In this document: piece by piece, positions 48,077 to 49,633 of the stretch
Layout of the letters: the number at the start of each line of letters is the position of its first letter
Numbering within the stretch: position 1 is the first letter of the stretch
NCBI RefSeq assembly: GCF_001194135.2
Contig: NC_068999.1
Span: 23,798,784-23,848,416 of the forward strand
Length of the DNA: 49,633 bases
Origin: Octopus bimaculoides
Lineage: Eukaryota
Direction: 5' to 3'
Made by a program: the position numbers and the translations under genes
Notes under the pieces: generated by a model
Databases searched by the model: none
Told to the model about the DNA's origin: nothing
Seen by the model: the letters and a program-made list of their open reading frames with translations, nothing else

Positions 48077-49307
48077 AACTACATTTACATACATTCAAAT
48101 ACATGTACATCATACACAAAATTTAGATTAAATTTCCTTTTTAGTGACGAGGAAACTAGAATATATGTTTGCATATTTCTAAATAGCATTTTATGCAGAT
48201 ACATAAAGTGAAAGTGAATGAGTGTATTTGTTTTTAAATTCATTTTTACATTTAATTTGTGTATCTGCACAAAAGTTTGTTTTGAAAAGACATAACTATA
48301 CACATGCATGTCTACATATAAAAAGGAAATTACATGGACACACAGATCTCATCAAATTCTAAGGAACTAAAATTTGTCAAAAACAGTGACCTGTGACATG
48401 GAATTAAAAAAAAAAACCTGGAAGCTTATCACAAGCCTGTTGTATATTTTTTAATCTTTAAAATTTAAGATTTCAGTGTATTTAGTGCTTAACTATAATA
48501 AGTGACAAAACGATGCTAAATTCTTTTATAAAAACCTTCAACTTTTTCAAATTATCAGCTGTTCTAGACTGGTTAAATGTCTATATGCACTAAAACTTTT
48601 AAAATCATATTTGTGTACCAGTAGTTCAGTGTATTGTAAAGCATTTATTAATTGAAAATTCTTTGAGTCTTCAGGTGACCATAAAAATCTTCTCCCAAAT
48701 CTTTACTTTTGTGCTACTTGACTACGACTTCTGGTGTATTGAACTAACAATTTTGTTTCTGAATTCCATTAACTGTATATTTAGTACGAACTGCTGCAAT
48801 AATCTTCACTAACTTACCTAACTATAAAAGTTAATTGCAACGAAAGGTTGATAATTGGGTTATTAAATTATCTGTTAAGGCAGTTAATATCTTAATTTAT
48901 ATCTTTTTATATTTTTTATACCAGCTACAATACTGATTTCAGAAGCATTTCAGTTATGACCACTTTATTCTGAATTAAATAAAGAAAATGCTGAGTATAG
49001 CTATTTTTATTTCACTAAAGAAATATATTTTTACAATGAGTCTGTTTATTCTTTACAATTTCATCATTAGTTCAGATACTTTTTATTTGTAATTTTAGTG
49101 AAAAATATTTAAAAATAGGATCTAATCAAAGTTATATTTTAGAATTTGATATTAATTAGCCTAAATTTTTTTGAATAATTCCGTGAAATAAGTATCGAGT
49201 CTTTTGGCTGCTATTATTGCCCCAGTAATGTTAGTATGGTGAAACCTGGAGAGATTGTAGAAACATTAGAATTAGGCTGGTAGATGCAGTCTTTATACAA
49301 GAGGTGA

Positions 49308-49633
49308 AGAGACAAGTTACTTGAAGCATTTGACGAAATAGAAGGGGATATAGCATCATACAACGTGGAAGACAATTGGAGATTTCTGCGCGACAACCTG
49401 TTGAGAGCCACAGACCAGATTTGTGGCTGGTGTAAAGTCCCCTCTCAACCCAGAGTAACGTGGTGGTGGAACAAGGATGTAGACGGGGCTATTAGACAAA
49501 AGAAACAGGCTTGGAAGGACTGGAAGAACGGTGGTAGCAGGGAATTGTACCAATCTGCCAGAAGGGAAGCTAGGCGACAGGTTTATTTAGCCAGAGGGGA
49601 AACAGATAAGAAAAGATTTGCCAATGTTCTGCG
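49308..49633 (+). mobile_element. RTE LINE ORF fragment (endonuclease-RT linker), runs off the window
   Basis: Open frame RDKLLEAFDEIEG...LRATDQICGWCKVPSQPRVTWWWNKDVDGAIRQKKQAWKDWK...KKRFANVL; TWWWN is an RTE hallmark. Confidence 0.88.

Overview
AT-rich, repeat-dense animal genomic DNA with N gaps. The SINE/RTE/microsatellite content suggests an octopus or other cephalopod (inference from repeat style). I reconstructed two divergently transcribed, spliced genes by hand; the ORF track shows only fragments of them. (1) RABL2, a ciliary Rab-like GTPase, on the minus strand: five coding exons from 23780 down to 7986, including a 30-nt microexon and a U12-type intron. Its 3' exons were not found in the window. 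(2) A complete six-exon TAF9 on the plus strand (32445-48076, 918 nt, 305 aa). The rest is mostly transposon-derived: RTE LINEs, tRNA-SINEs, mariner, Tigger, Helitron, TTAA MITEs and several Penelope-like element (PLE) relics. The most striking unexplained structure is a set of head-to-head fold-back insertions carrying type I hammerhead ribozyme motifs (30027-30348, 30481-32073, 42506-42915). The last has a tRNA B-box-like head, near-identical arms and a 13-bp target-site duplication, and sits in a TAF9 intron. Two further long hairpin elements also lie in TAF9 introns. TE boundaries are approximate and all alignments were done by eye.
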